Source: Octopus vulgaris
Lineage: Eukaryota
Direction: 5' to 3'
NCBI GenBank assembly: GCA_951406725.2
Contig: OX597815.1
Span: 23,560,001 to 23,624,000 of the forward strand
Length of the DNA: 64,000 nucleotides
Numbering within the stretch: the stretch's first letter is position 1; each line of letters begins with the position of its first letter. Below are positions 52,214 to 63,404 of this stretch, in pieces. A program made the translations under genes and the position numbers. The notes beneath the pieces are model-generated. The model made no database searches. It saw nothing but the letters and a program-made list of their open reading frames with translations, and was not told where the DNA came from.

Positions 52214-53253
52214 CACAAGTAGTCTGTTTAATCCGAATTAGTTCAAAGCTAAATCAAGGACCCATACAATTCTTTTTCACAATTTTTCGAAAAACAGAAA
52301 TAATTGTAATCTTGGGTGTCCATAGCTAATGCTGAGTACAGCACATAGAATTCCACTTCTTCTGCTATCAAGCATGGCCATTTATTTACTGATGGTGCTG
52401 GGGACCTGTCTTTTATCCCACTTATTAGCACCTATACAAAGTTTACCTTGAGGCTCTTCATTATATATAGTCATTATTTTTACACCAGCAAAGCTTGGCC
52501 AGGTAGTACCAGGTCTGAGTCATCTCATCCCTCTCTTCTTGGGAGCTGCTGCTTCTATAAAATGATGTTCATACATGTCATTTTTTTTCTACAACTGGGT
52601 GCCCTTCCTATCCCCAACTACGTTAGAGTGCACTGGGTGTGTTTTATGAGACATGAACACTTGAGAGGTTGAATAAAGGGACTTCAGAATTCTATGAATT
52701 CTCCACTCAGTTTGCAAACAACTTTTCAGGGTATACTGGAAGCGTTTTGTGGTACCAGTACTCAAGAAATTGTCTCGCTCTTTGAGGGAGTGCAAGTTGT
52801 TGGCTGACACTTGTAAAAGATATGTGGGGTCTTGTACACAAAACAATGGAGAGAGCATTCAGAATCCAGACATGTAGACTACGGAGGGTAAATAGTGGAG
52901 GAGATGCCAGTCACGAGGACAGAATTGGGTATGGAGAGCTACTATGTACCAAGAGTATACATTAACCTAGGGTGTGTACATTTGTTCAGGTACCTAAGGT
53001 GGGGATTAGAGTAATGACATCAGAAAAGCCTGGATAGTTAAGTGGAAGAAAGGTGTAGTAACATGATGTAAGCAGTAAGGTCATTTGGCTTGAAGTAGAA
53101 AGTGATTGGCAACAGCAGATGTGGACAAAAGGTGAGGATAAGGATTAAGATAACAAATCTTAAAGATTTGCAAACATTAATCTCATGTTAAAATCAAATA
53201 ATATATAAAACAGAAAACAATATGAATACTTTCTTGTTAATAATCCTTTGATA

Positions 53254-53324
53254 TTTATTTAATGGAATATTAATACAAAATTGTTATTTGATAATATTAA
53301 ACTGTATTTCCAATCCGGTTTATT
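53254..53324 (-). terminator. Candidate REXO2 polyadenylation signals
   Basis: AATAAA on the minus strand at 53319-53324 and 53254-53259, 75-145 nt after the stop. Chance matches are common in AT-rich DNA. Confidence 0.4.
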
Positions 53325-53398
53325 GATCCCTTGTATTTTGTTGAGATGAAAGTGATGGAGTTATTGCCCTTATGCTCAAGAAATGTGTTTTTGGATTC

Positions 53399-53465
53399 TC
53401 ATTTGAAAATCTTCATTTTATAATACTGAAGTTCTTTAATGCTTTCTTTGATGTCCTCTTGTCCT
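53399..53465 (-). CDS. REXO2: Oligoribonuclease, last coding exon
   Basis: TTTCAG acceptor, phase 2, (R)GQEDIKESIKELQYYKMKIFK*, matching the Orn C-terminus (ALDDIxESIxELxxY). Confidence 0.92.
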
Positions 53466-53834
53466 CTGAAATATAAAATTATAACATAAAATATAGTATT
53501 ACACACACACACACTATAGCACACTTCAATATCATAAGTAATAATTTATGAGATAAATTACTTTAGGTTTTTTACCTTGATCATAGCAACCTGTGTTTCT
53601 GTGTTGGGGACTGGCATATAAAAAGAAAGACCCAATATTTCCTGTGTCGTGAAGGGGTTGAGGTAGGATCTGCACTTTGACCTTATAAAACTCTCACCAG
53701 CAACATGGGTTAGAGAGTTGCTGCCGAATTGGTGGAAATGTACCATCCGCCGGGAGTAGGAATGCACAAACAATTGGTGGATGCAGTGATGCAGTTGCTA
53801 CAGCACATGGTCCCATACTACTACTACTACTACA

Positions 53835-53866
<32 letters not shown>

Positions 53867-55485
53867 AGCAACCTAGTTAGAATTATGTTAATTAATCAAC
53901 GCTTGCTATGTAAGTTGGGACAAGTGATTTTAGTCTTATGCTGAAATAAGAGGATGATGTGTTTAACTGTGATAAATCAGGTAATTACTGATTGTCCTCA
54001 TCTGTAATAATTAGTCCATAGATAAGCTAGTGACTTGGCAAAGAATTGTTACAACACTGGATAAAATGCTTCAGAATATTTGTTTTTGAATATTTATTGG
54101 CGGCGAGCTGGCAGAAACGTTAGCACACCAGACAAAATGCTTAGTGGTATTTCGTCTGTCTTTACGTTCTGAGTTCAAATTCTGCCGAGGTTCGACTTTG
54201 CCTTTCATCCTTTCGGGAGTCGATAAATTAAGTACCAGTTATGCACTGGGGATCGATGTAATCGACTTAATCCCTTTGTCTGTCCTTGTTTGTCCCCTCT
54301 ATGTTTAGCCCTTTGTGGGCAATAGAGAAATAAGAATATTTGTTTTGGGCTTCTGAGTCCCAATTTCCAATCCTGCAAAGTGACTTTGCTTTTCTTCTGA
54401 GGTTGTTAAACACAGTACCAATTAAGTATTAAGGTTGTTTCCTCTCCTTTTGCTTGGAATTAGCTGAGAAACCAAGAAAGGTACATTCACATTGCAGCCC
54501 TACCTACCTCAATTCTTTATCCACCATCCCGTGGACTTACTAAGAAAGAAAGAAAGGAAGTCTTCAAGACTTTTTGTACTTATAAAAAGTCTTTAAGACT
54601 TTTTGTAAGCTGCTGTGACAAAGATACAGAAAATGTTTTTACTTTGTTCTCTCAAAACAAAAATAAATAAATAAAAAATAAAGACCTTCCCCACCAAAAA
54701 TTACTAAGTAAATGTAGTATTTAGCTGTATTGTGTGTATCTGAAAATGTCTGTTGCAAATCTTCATAATGATACAATATAACACATAACATCATTGTCAT
54801 TTTTTACAAAGTGACACCTCTCTCTCTTACGGAGGTGAAGGTCAAGAGTTCAAAATATCAGGATCTTCATTGAAGACTTCTATATTTAGCTGAGTGGACT
54901 GAAGCCACAGGAATTGTACATAACTGTTGTAACTGGATTTAAATTCATGGTTAAGGTTCAATAGTGAGTAGTCCTGTATTTTAAATCACAGTTATCATTG
55001 TTGTTCTTAAGAATATAAAAAAACTAGTAAATGTCATAAACTGAAACGAACAGTAAACATACAAGGTCAGCCCTGATAGAACAGGTCTACGATTTTAAAA
55101 CATGCCAACAGTGACCATTTCAATTGTTTACCAAGTTCAATGCTTGGTGAGTATATTATCCAGTGTATCATTTTATAAAGTTATAGGCTGTGATTTTGTT
55201 ACTATTTCTAGCAAGTCAAGAAACCAATTAGAGGCTGCTTTGTTGGCTTAAGAGATAAGATTAGGTATTTAGGAAAGGATTCTTAAACATTTCTTCAATA
55301 TATAGTCGTATGACCTTTGATTTCTCAAGGTGGGCAAATGTAATTTCATTTGCTTGCCCTGATTTACATGATAAGTGAAGTGAAAAGGCTACAAGCAGGA
55401 AGCAAAACTGATGTAATAGGAAACCTTTTACTATTCTGTGGTACCTCAGTAATGTATATGATTGTCAATGAAATGAGTGCTTTAC

Positions 55486-55539
55486 CTGTGCGATAAGGAT
55501 TTTTCTGGGCTGTTTTTAAATTCATCTTTATACCAACGT
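55486..55539 (-). CDS. REXO2: Oligoribonuclease internal exon (54 nt)
   Basis: Polypyrimidine tract and CAG acceptor, (R)RWYKDEFKNSPEKSLSHR, GTAAAG donor. Phases match both neighbouring exons. Confidence 0.92.
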
Positions 55540-56004
55540 CTGAAGAAAAAGAAAAAAAGAGATTTTAAGTCAACAATTTTGTGCACCATTAATCTTATCT
55601 TTAGAGATGAATTTCTTTGTTATTTACATCTACAGCATCATCATCATCATCAACATCATCGTTTAACGTGTGTTTTCCGTGCTAGCACAAGTTGGACGGT
55701 TTGACCGGGGTCTGGGAAGCCAGGATGCCACACCAGTCTTCAGTCTGATCTGGCAGTGTTTCTACAGCTGGATGCCCTTCCTCACGCCAACAACTTTTGA
55801 AAAAAAAACCTTACATAACTACAGTTGAAATTAATAGTCTAGGAGTGGCTGTGTGGTAAGAAGCTTGCTTCCCAACCACATGGTTCTGGGTTCAATCCCA
55901 GTGTGTGGCACCTTGGGCAAGTGTCTTCTACTATTGCTTTGGGCCAACCAAAGCCTTGTGAGTGATTTGGTAGACAGAAACTAAAAGAAGCCAGTCGTGT
56001 GTGG

Positions 56005-56060
<56 letters not shown>

Positions 56061-57121
56061 TTATATATTTATATGTATGTATTTGTGCGTCCGTGTTTGT
56101 CCCATACACACACATCATCGACAGTAAGTACCTGAAATAAATAACGAAAGCATGATACAAGCTACTACAGTAACCTCAATTCACAATGAGAGCTTAGTTT
56201 AGTACAATAAATTAGCAAAAATGACAGACTAGTATTGTTACAGTGTTTAGTTACTTCCTTCTACGTTCTAAGTTCAAATGTCACTGCGCTTGACTTCGTC
56301 TTTCATCGTTTTGAGGCCGATAAAATAGGTATCAATAGTATATTTGTGTTGTTTCATTCTGTTATTGTACTCCATACAAAAGTTGGCCTTGTGTATAATC
56401 AAAGGCAAAGTAGAACGAGACTAGAAATTTAAACTCCGAGTATGAAGGGACATAACTAGTATTGTAAGAACACAACCAGTACTCTACCTTGCTTTATTTT
56501 CTCCCAAGAAGTAATGTATTGTATTTAAAATGTACTTAACATCTATTTTTTAAATGTTAGCTTTTAACGTTATATCAGTTATCCGCAAATCAGCCTTCTT
56601 TTTCGTCAGAGGTGTAAAAGTAGAACCAGTGACTCTCTTCAGGGTCTCTAAGATTGGTAAGGAGGAGAGCAGAAGTTGTCCTCAGACAGGAGTTCTTGGC
56701 TGAATGCTTGAAACAGAGTTGACTCTGCTAACTGTATGCAAGTGTTAGGTGGTGTTGTTAAACCAGGTAAAGGACTATGTCTCCCACTCAAAATTTCCCT
56801 TACAAGATATTGGTTAATCCCAGAATAAAGTAGAAGACACTTGACTCAAACTGCATAGTTACAAAGCAAATTTCTTAACTAAACTCTCATTATTGCACCA
56901 ATCTCTACATTTACCTTCATTGTTTGTTAGTTTCTCTGTAAGACGTGACTTTTTTTTTTATCAGATTCAACTCATTGATGAAATCTTACTCCTCCCAAAA
57001 CACTGATATAAGTTACACATACTCATCTCTTAAAATTAAAGGTTTAGGCCTTTTTCTTTGTAGAAAAGAGAATAAATTCATAAAAGAAATAATAGGATGA
57101 GTCAAATTGAGAAAATATATA

Positions 57122-57340
57122 CATCATCGTTTAACGTCCGTTTTCCATGCTAGCATGGGTTGGACGGTTTGACTGGGGTCTGGGAAGCCAGAAGGCTGCA
57201 CCAGGCTCCAGTCTGATCTGGCAGTGTTTCTACATCACTGTCAGATCAGACTGGAGCCTGGTGCAGCCTTCTGGCTTCCCAGACCCCGGTCAAACCGTCC
57301 AACCCATGCTAGCATGGAAAACGGACGTTAAACGATGATG
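57122..57340. repeat. 105-bp-arm palindrome made of two head-to-head RTE tails
   Basis: Arms 57122-57226 and 57236-57340, 9-nt loop, 2 mismatches. Confidence 0.95.
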
Positions 57341-57431
57341 ATGATGATATACAATACAATCAATAGTAGGAATATATTTTAATGAATTAGTTGTAAAAAA
57401 CTGATAGCTCAAGGAAAATATCAATTCTTAC

Positions 57432-57652
57432 CGACATAATTCTTTCACACTACTGACATCAATAATACGATAATGTAGGAAATCAGTAAATTTTGGCATA
57501 TATTTCTGAAGGAACATTTTATCCATATAGATGGAATTTCCAGCCAATGGGCATTTCTGTTTTGGAACATGCTGTGTTAGAAAAGCCAATAATTTTTCTT
57601 CAGCTGATTGCAAGGTGGTGTTGCTTTTTCTTACTGCTTCAGTCAGACCACT
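57432..57652 (-). CDS. REXO2: Oligoribonuclease internal exon (221 nt)
   Basis: [50 protein letters not shown] with TAG acceptor and GTAAG donor. Confidence 0.96.
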
Positions 57653-57734
57653 CTACAGGACACAATTAAAATACAGAGAAGAAAAGTGTTTTTAATTAAA
57701 TAAAATGTGTCATAATTTAACATTTTTTTCTATT

Positions 57735-58272
57735 GGGTCATCCCATAAATAATGCATTTTTTAAAAATTTCTTATATTTTTCAAAATTAAGATAAACAAA
57801 GTTCTTTTTAATCTAAAATATACTCTCCTTCATTTTCTACAAGGACAAGGCTCTTCCATCTATCTGGGAGACTAGCAAGGGCCCCTCTTCCAAAATTCAC
57901 TTCTCTGTGACAAAAAATATTCCTCCAATACTGTTCTGACCTCGTCTAGAGGATTCATATTTTTTCCATCCAAATGATTTTGAAAACTGCAGAATAAATG
58001 ATAATCAGATGGGGTAATGTCCGGCGAATATAGTGGATGGAGCATTGCTTCCCATTCAAACTGTTCCAGTCTTTGGAGTGTCATCTTCGCTGTATGTGGC
58101 AGAGCATTATCCTGATGGAAGAATGCCTTTGTCTTGAAACCAAAGATGGTTGTTTTTCTTCCAGTAGATCTCCTTTGTTATCGTTTAGTTTGGGTTTAAA
58201 AGTTCAAAGTGGACTAAACCTTTCATATCCCACCAAACGGATAACAACACCTTATGTGGATGAAGACATTCT
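57735..58272 (-). mobile_element. Mariner transposase remnant
   Basis: KVLLSVWWDMKG, HQDNA and HPLYSPDITPSDYHLF motifs. Confidence 0.9.
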
Positions 58273-58275
58273 TTA

Positions 58276-58582
58276 GCCTTGTGAGTGGATTTGGTAGGCG
58301 AAAACTGAAAGAAGCCTGTCGTATAAATGTATGTATATATATATGTGTTTTTGTGTATATGTTTGTATGTCTGTGTTTGTCCCCCAACATCGCTTGACAA
58401 CCGATGCTGGTGTGTTTACGTCCCCATAACTTAGCGGTTTGGCAAAAGAGATCGATAGAATAAGTACTAGGCTTACAAAGAATAAGTCCTGGGGTTGACT
58501 TGTTTGTCGACTTGCTTGACTAAAGGCGGTGCTCCAGCATGGCCAGAGTCAAATGACTGAAACAGGTAAAAGAGTAAAGAGT
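58276..58582 (+). mobile_element. 5'-truncated CORE-like SINE
   Basis: Same family as 24249. Confidence 0.85.
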
Positions 58583-58789
58583 ATATATATGAGATCTGTA
58601 GAATTTTTAGTGGGTTGGTAATGACAAGTGGATGTGGAAGGTTTCCAATGGTTTTTGTTGTACTACTTTAGTCAATATCGTTTTGCTTTGCTACCACCAG
58701 TATCTTCAATGTCAAGTCCAACAGAGCTTAGTTTAGTGCAACCAATATTTAGTATCAGAAGGCAGCGAGCTGGCAGAATTGCTAATACA

Positions 58790-59343
58790 ATAGAAATCAA
58801 AATCAAATTCGACAACTGGCATCTGTGCTAGCAGGGTGCAAAGAGCCCCATACGAGTGTGATCGTTGACAGAGCGGCTAACCGGCTTCCATGCCAGTGGA
58901 ACATAAAAGGGCACCATTCGAGTGTGATAGTTACTAGCGTCGCCTTACTGGCACTTGTGCCCATGCTAGAAAAGTGCCAAGAGCACCATCCGAGCATGAT
59001 TGTTGCCAGAGCAGCCAACTGGCTTCTGTGCCGGTGGCACGTAAAAGGGCACCATTCGAGCGTGATTGTTACCAACGTTGCCTTACTGGCACCTGTGCCG
59101 TTGGCATGTGTAAAAAGATTTGAGTGAGGTCATTGCCAGTACTGCCTGACTGGCCCTGTGCCAGTGGCACGTAAAAAGTACCCACTACACTCTCAGAGTG
59201 GTTGGCTTTAGGAAGGGCATCCAGGTGTATAAACTCTGCCAGATCAAGATTTGAGCCTGGTGTGGCTCTCTGGTTCGCCAGCCCTCCGTCAAAATCGTCC
59301 AACCCATGCTAGCATGGAAAGCGGATGTTAAACAATGATGATG
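58790..59343 (+). mobile_element. RTE 3'UTR with an expanded module array
   Basis: About six GGCAC/TGTAAAA..CACCATTCGAG modules before the tail. Confidence 0.8.
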
Positions 59344-59900
59344 AATGGACAAAATGCTTAGCGGTATTTTGTCTGTCTTTTTGTCCTAAGTTCAAATTCT
59401 GCTGAGGTTGACTTTGCCTTTCATCCTTCCGGGGTTAATAAAATAAATACCAGTTGTGTACTGGAGTTGATGCCATTGACTTAACCCCTTTGTCTGTCCA
59501 TGTTTGTCCACTCTATGTTTAACCCCTTGTGGGAAATAAATAAATAAATAAAATAAACACCAGTTGAGCACAGGGGTTGATGTAATTGACTTACCCCTAA
59601 CCACAAATTTTTTGTCCTTGTGCCAAAATTTGAAACCAATATGAAATATGTCAGTTTAGCAGGCTGGGCTAAATGCTTAGTGGAATTTTGCCCATTTTTA
59701 CATTCTGAGTTCAAATTCTGCCAAGGTCAAATTTTGCTTCTCATCCCTTTTGGGGTTCATAAAATGAGTACCAAATGAGCACTGGGGTTGATGTAATTGA
59801 TATACCCCTTCCTCAAAATTGCTGCCCTGTCCCAAAATTTGAAACCAATATGTAGCATGTTAGTTCCAACAAGATAAAATTCTCTTTGAAGGCAACTTAC

Positions 59901-59978
59901 CTTCCCATGGTGCACTTGGCACCATTCATTCATACCATCAAGCACATTATCTGGCTGGTGAATAACAAATGGGGGTAT
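59901..59978 (-). CDS. REXO2: Oligoribonuclease internal exon (78 nt)
   Basis: CAG acceptor, IPPFVIHQPDNVLDGMNEWCQVHHGK, GTAAGT donor. Confidence 0.94.
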
Positions 59979-60087
59979 CTGTGAATAGAAAATTCAGTTA
60001 AATAATTTAGCTCAATTATTTCTCAAAAATATTGAGCACAATTAGATGAAATTAAAATAATCTCACTATTATAGGGTTTCCCAATCG

Positions 60088-60370
60088 ATTTTAGATTTGT
60101 ACTGACCAATATTAGATTTGTACTGACCAATATTAGATTTGTACCAACCAATATTAGATTTGTACTGACCAATATTAGATTCGTACTCACCAATATTAGA
60201 TTTGTACTGATCAATATTAGATTTGTAATGACCAATTTTAGATTTGTGCTGATCAATATTAGATTTGTACTGATCAATTTTAGATTTATATTGACCAATT
60301 TTAGATTTGTACTCATCAGTTTTAGAAAAATTTTCCAATCAATTTTAGATTTGTATGGACCAATTTTAGA
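60088..60370. repeat. 21-bp minisatellite (about 13 copies of TTAGATTTGTACTGACCAATA)
   Basis: Directly visible; intronic. Confidence 0.9.
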
Positions 60371-60402
60371 AAATTTACCAATCAACTTCAGAATTATTTT
60401 TT

Positions 60403-60776
60403 TGATACATATTTCTAAATAAAATATCTTGAACCCAAATATTTTTAATATGTATGCTTACAATCAGGAATTTTACCACTATGTTACCATTATATCATTT
60501 ATCTAATTTTTCCCTGTAAGTTTGGAGCCATACTCCCTAATATTATTATTATTATTGATGATGATGATGATATATAATAATAATAATATTAGGGAGTATG
60601 GCTCCAAACTTACATGGAAAAATTAGGTATATATATTTATGCAAGTTTCATTCAAAAAAATCTTTAATTGATATAATGATTTAATTGATATTATGGTAAT
60701 ATAGTGGTAAAATTTTGATTATAAGCATACATATATATATTTGGGTTCAAGGCATTTTATTTAGAAACATGTATCA
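60403..60776. repeat. Imperfect ~370-bp palindrome in a REXO2 intron
   Basis: Inner arms GTAAGTTTGGAGCCATACTCCCTAATATTATT / AATAATATTAGGGAGTATGGCTCCAAACTTAC and outer arms TGATACAT..GAACCCAAATAT..TTTACCACTAT / their complement. Confidence 0.85.
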
Positions 60777-60827
60777 GATATGTATGTATACAAAAGAGAT
60801 CGATAGAATAAGTACTAGGCTTACAAA

Positions 60828-60910
<83 letters not shown>

Positions 60911-60927
60911 CTGAATTGTCTTCTTAC

Positions 60928-61011
60928 CTCAGCTATTATGTTCAGTTGACTATCAGTGATAACACAAGCTATCTCAATAATCTTATCCGTCTCTATATCA
61001 AGCCCAGTCAT
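60928..61011 (-). CDS. REXO2: Oligoribonuclease exon (84 nt; probably exon 2)
   Basis: CAG acceptor, [33 protein letters not shown] donor. The ExoI WxDxE motif must come from an upstream exon that was not found. Confidence 0.95.
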
Positions 61012-61247
61012 CTGCCAATGAAGAAAGAATGTAATAATTTAATAAAGGACAAGTACAACATTAATTATTTATGGGAAGTTCTTTGCTTCTTTGATCTTTT
61101 ATCAATTTTTATACTGTACTTATATTATATAAAAGATGCAAAAAAGAAAGTGTCTGAAATTTTTGAGACTGGTAACAACTTCAAAGGTACACTAGCAAAT
61201 GATGGAGAAGCAATTTTTTTTTGTTCCTTTTGACATTTGAAGAAAAT

Positions 61248-61641
61248 CTTCATCATCATCATCATTGTTTAACGTCCGCTTTCCATGCTAGCATGGGTTG
61301 GACGGTTCAACCGGAGTCTGGGAAACCAGGAGGTTGCACCAGGCTTCAGTCTGATCTGGCAGTGTTTCTACAGCTGGATGCCCTTCCTAACGCCAACTAC
61401 TCCGTGGGTGTAGTGGGCGCTTTTTACGTGCCACTGGCACAGGTGCCAGGCGAGGCTGGCAACAGCCATAATCATTTGGTTATTTTTAGGTGCCACCGGC
61501 ACAGAAGCCAGTCAAGGCGGTGCTGGCATTGGCTACATTTGGATGGTGCATTTTACGTGCCAGTGGCACAGTTATCACAACTACAATTTCCATTTGATTT
61601 TTTGATGTTGATGTACTTGACTCAATAGGTCTCCTCAAGCA
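61248..61641 (-). mobile_element. RTE 3'UTR fragment
   Basis: Colinear with 20700-21100. Confidence 0.82.
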
Positions 61642-62548
61642 CAAGAGTTGAAATATCATTCATATTTTTTGTACCATTTTAAGACAATGAACTGGCAGAG
61701 TTGTTAAAGCATCAGATTAAATGCTTTGTGGGTATTTGTTCTGGCTCTATGCACTTTGATTTTAAATCTTGCCAAAGTCAACTTTGCCTTTCATATTTTC
61801 AGGTTGAGAAATAAAGTACGGTTCTAGGGCTGTGGATTGCTGGAACTGTTGAAATATCAATCAGGATTACTTTTGGTATCTAATCTAGCTCATGTGTTCT
61901 GAGGTCAAAATGTATTTAGATAAGCATTTTAGCCTCTTTCAGGAAGACAGAAAAAAAAAACTCAGAAAAGCAAGAAAGTCAAAAGAGTTGACATCCTTAA
62001 TTGAACAAAGGCAATCTGAGACCACAGAGTACTCAATAAATAACTATGAGGATGATCCGATGAGTATTTACCTTTTGTAAGCAATTACAAATATCATATA
62101 CAGCGATAAACAATGACTGGTTAGCAGATGCCAACAGGATTTTGAAATTGTCTATTTTCAGAATATGCCTAAGCAAGTAAATAGTTAAAAAAAAAGTTTT
62201 CATATCATTATCAACACTGCTAAATGAAACTGAATAGTTATTTATTTTCTTACATTCATTATACAAGATAAAGTAGGAGACCCAAAGTTTGAGCAGTATA
62301 CTCAATTATAAGTAACAGTGTACTCAATGAAGATTAACTGTTAATGAATTAGTTATACAGTCTGTGTAATAAAGGAAGTTCTCTCAATGCAATTCAATTG
62401 GAGATTAAATAGATTATAATAAGAGTTGCAATAGCTTGGCATTTGTAGAAGTTCAGGAAGTAGTATGTTAACAAAAGGGTTTCTCTGGAGTATATGTGAT
62501 GCTGTATGTTAATGAAGCATAGGTACAGATGGTTTGCAGTATCTGGAG

Positions 62549-62726
62549 CAGTGGTTCGCAACCAAGGTCCCCTTTTATTTAAATGAGTTTTCCCACAGAC
62601 CCCTGTTTAATATGCTTATCCTTATGTATATGTATATACATATGAAATTTTGAATTTAGTTCACAGACCCCAGTACTACTTTTGCAGACCATCAGGGGTC
62701 TGTGGACCACAGGTTGGGAACCACTG
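62549..62726. mobile_element. hAT (Charlie-type) MITE
   Basis: TIRs CAGTGGTTCGCAACC / GGTTGGGAACCACTG and 8-bp TSD ATCTGGAG/ATCTAGAG. Confidence 0.85.
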
Positions 62727-62869
62727 ATCTAGAGAGAAAAGAGTTGTATTTGTTCTGTGTGCAATGGCTACTTACTTAAAAGGTAGAACACAACAGAAAG
62801 ATACCCTTTATTTCTAAAGAGAAAACTCTAAATTTATAGCTATTTCAATTTCATTACAAACACCTCTAT

Positions 62870-63244
62870 GGATGGAAGCACTCCGTCGGTTACGACGACG
62901 AGGGTTCCGGTTGATCCGAATCAACGGAACAGCCTGCTCGTGAAATTAACGTGTAAGTGGCTGAGCACTCCACAGACACGTGTACCCTTAACGTAGTTCT
63001 CGGGGATATTCAGCGTGACAAGGCCGGCCCCTTGAAATACAGGTACAACAGAAACAGGAAGTAAGAGTGAGAGAAAGTTGTGGTGAAAGAGTACAGCAAG
63101 GATCACAACCATCCCCTGCCGGAGCCTCGTGGAGCTTTAGGTGTTTTCGCTCAATAAACACTCACAACGCCCGGTCTGGGAATCGAAACCGCGATCCTAT
63201 GACCGCGAGTCCGCTGCCCTAACCACTGGGCCATTGCGCCTCCA
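62870..63244 (-). mobile_element. Full-length young tRNA-derived SINE
   Basis: Intact A and B boxes, CpG-rich, perfect 15-bp TSD TACAAACACCTCTAT (62855, 63245). Confidence 0.92.
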
Positions 63245-63404
63245 TACAAACACCTCTATAATTGTCAGTTGGATAATCAAATGTCTCCACTACTCATAAA
63301 TATCTGAGTTATTCATGAATTTAATTTCTTGAGTATCTTTAAAGTCAGCTAGTTACATGTCTGCAGTCTTGCTTTCCATTTATTTTGGTGCCCTCTGGCT
63401 GCAT

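Noticed and set aside
56550-56690. Cluster of three CTGANGA boxes on the minus strand
   Set aside because: No downstream GAAA box with matching stems could be built.
61009-61011. ATG as the REXO2 start codon
   Set aside because: It directly follows a CAG acceptor, and the catalytic ExoI D-x-E motif must precede it, so it is an internal Met.
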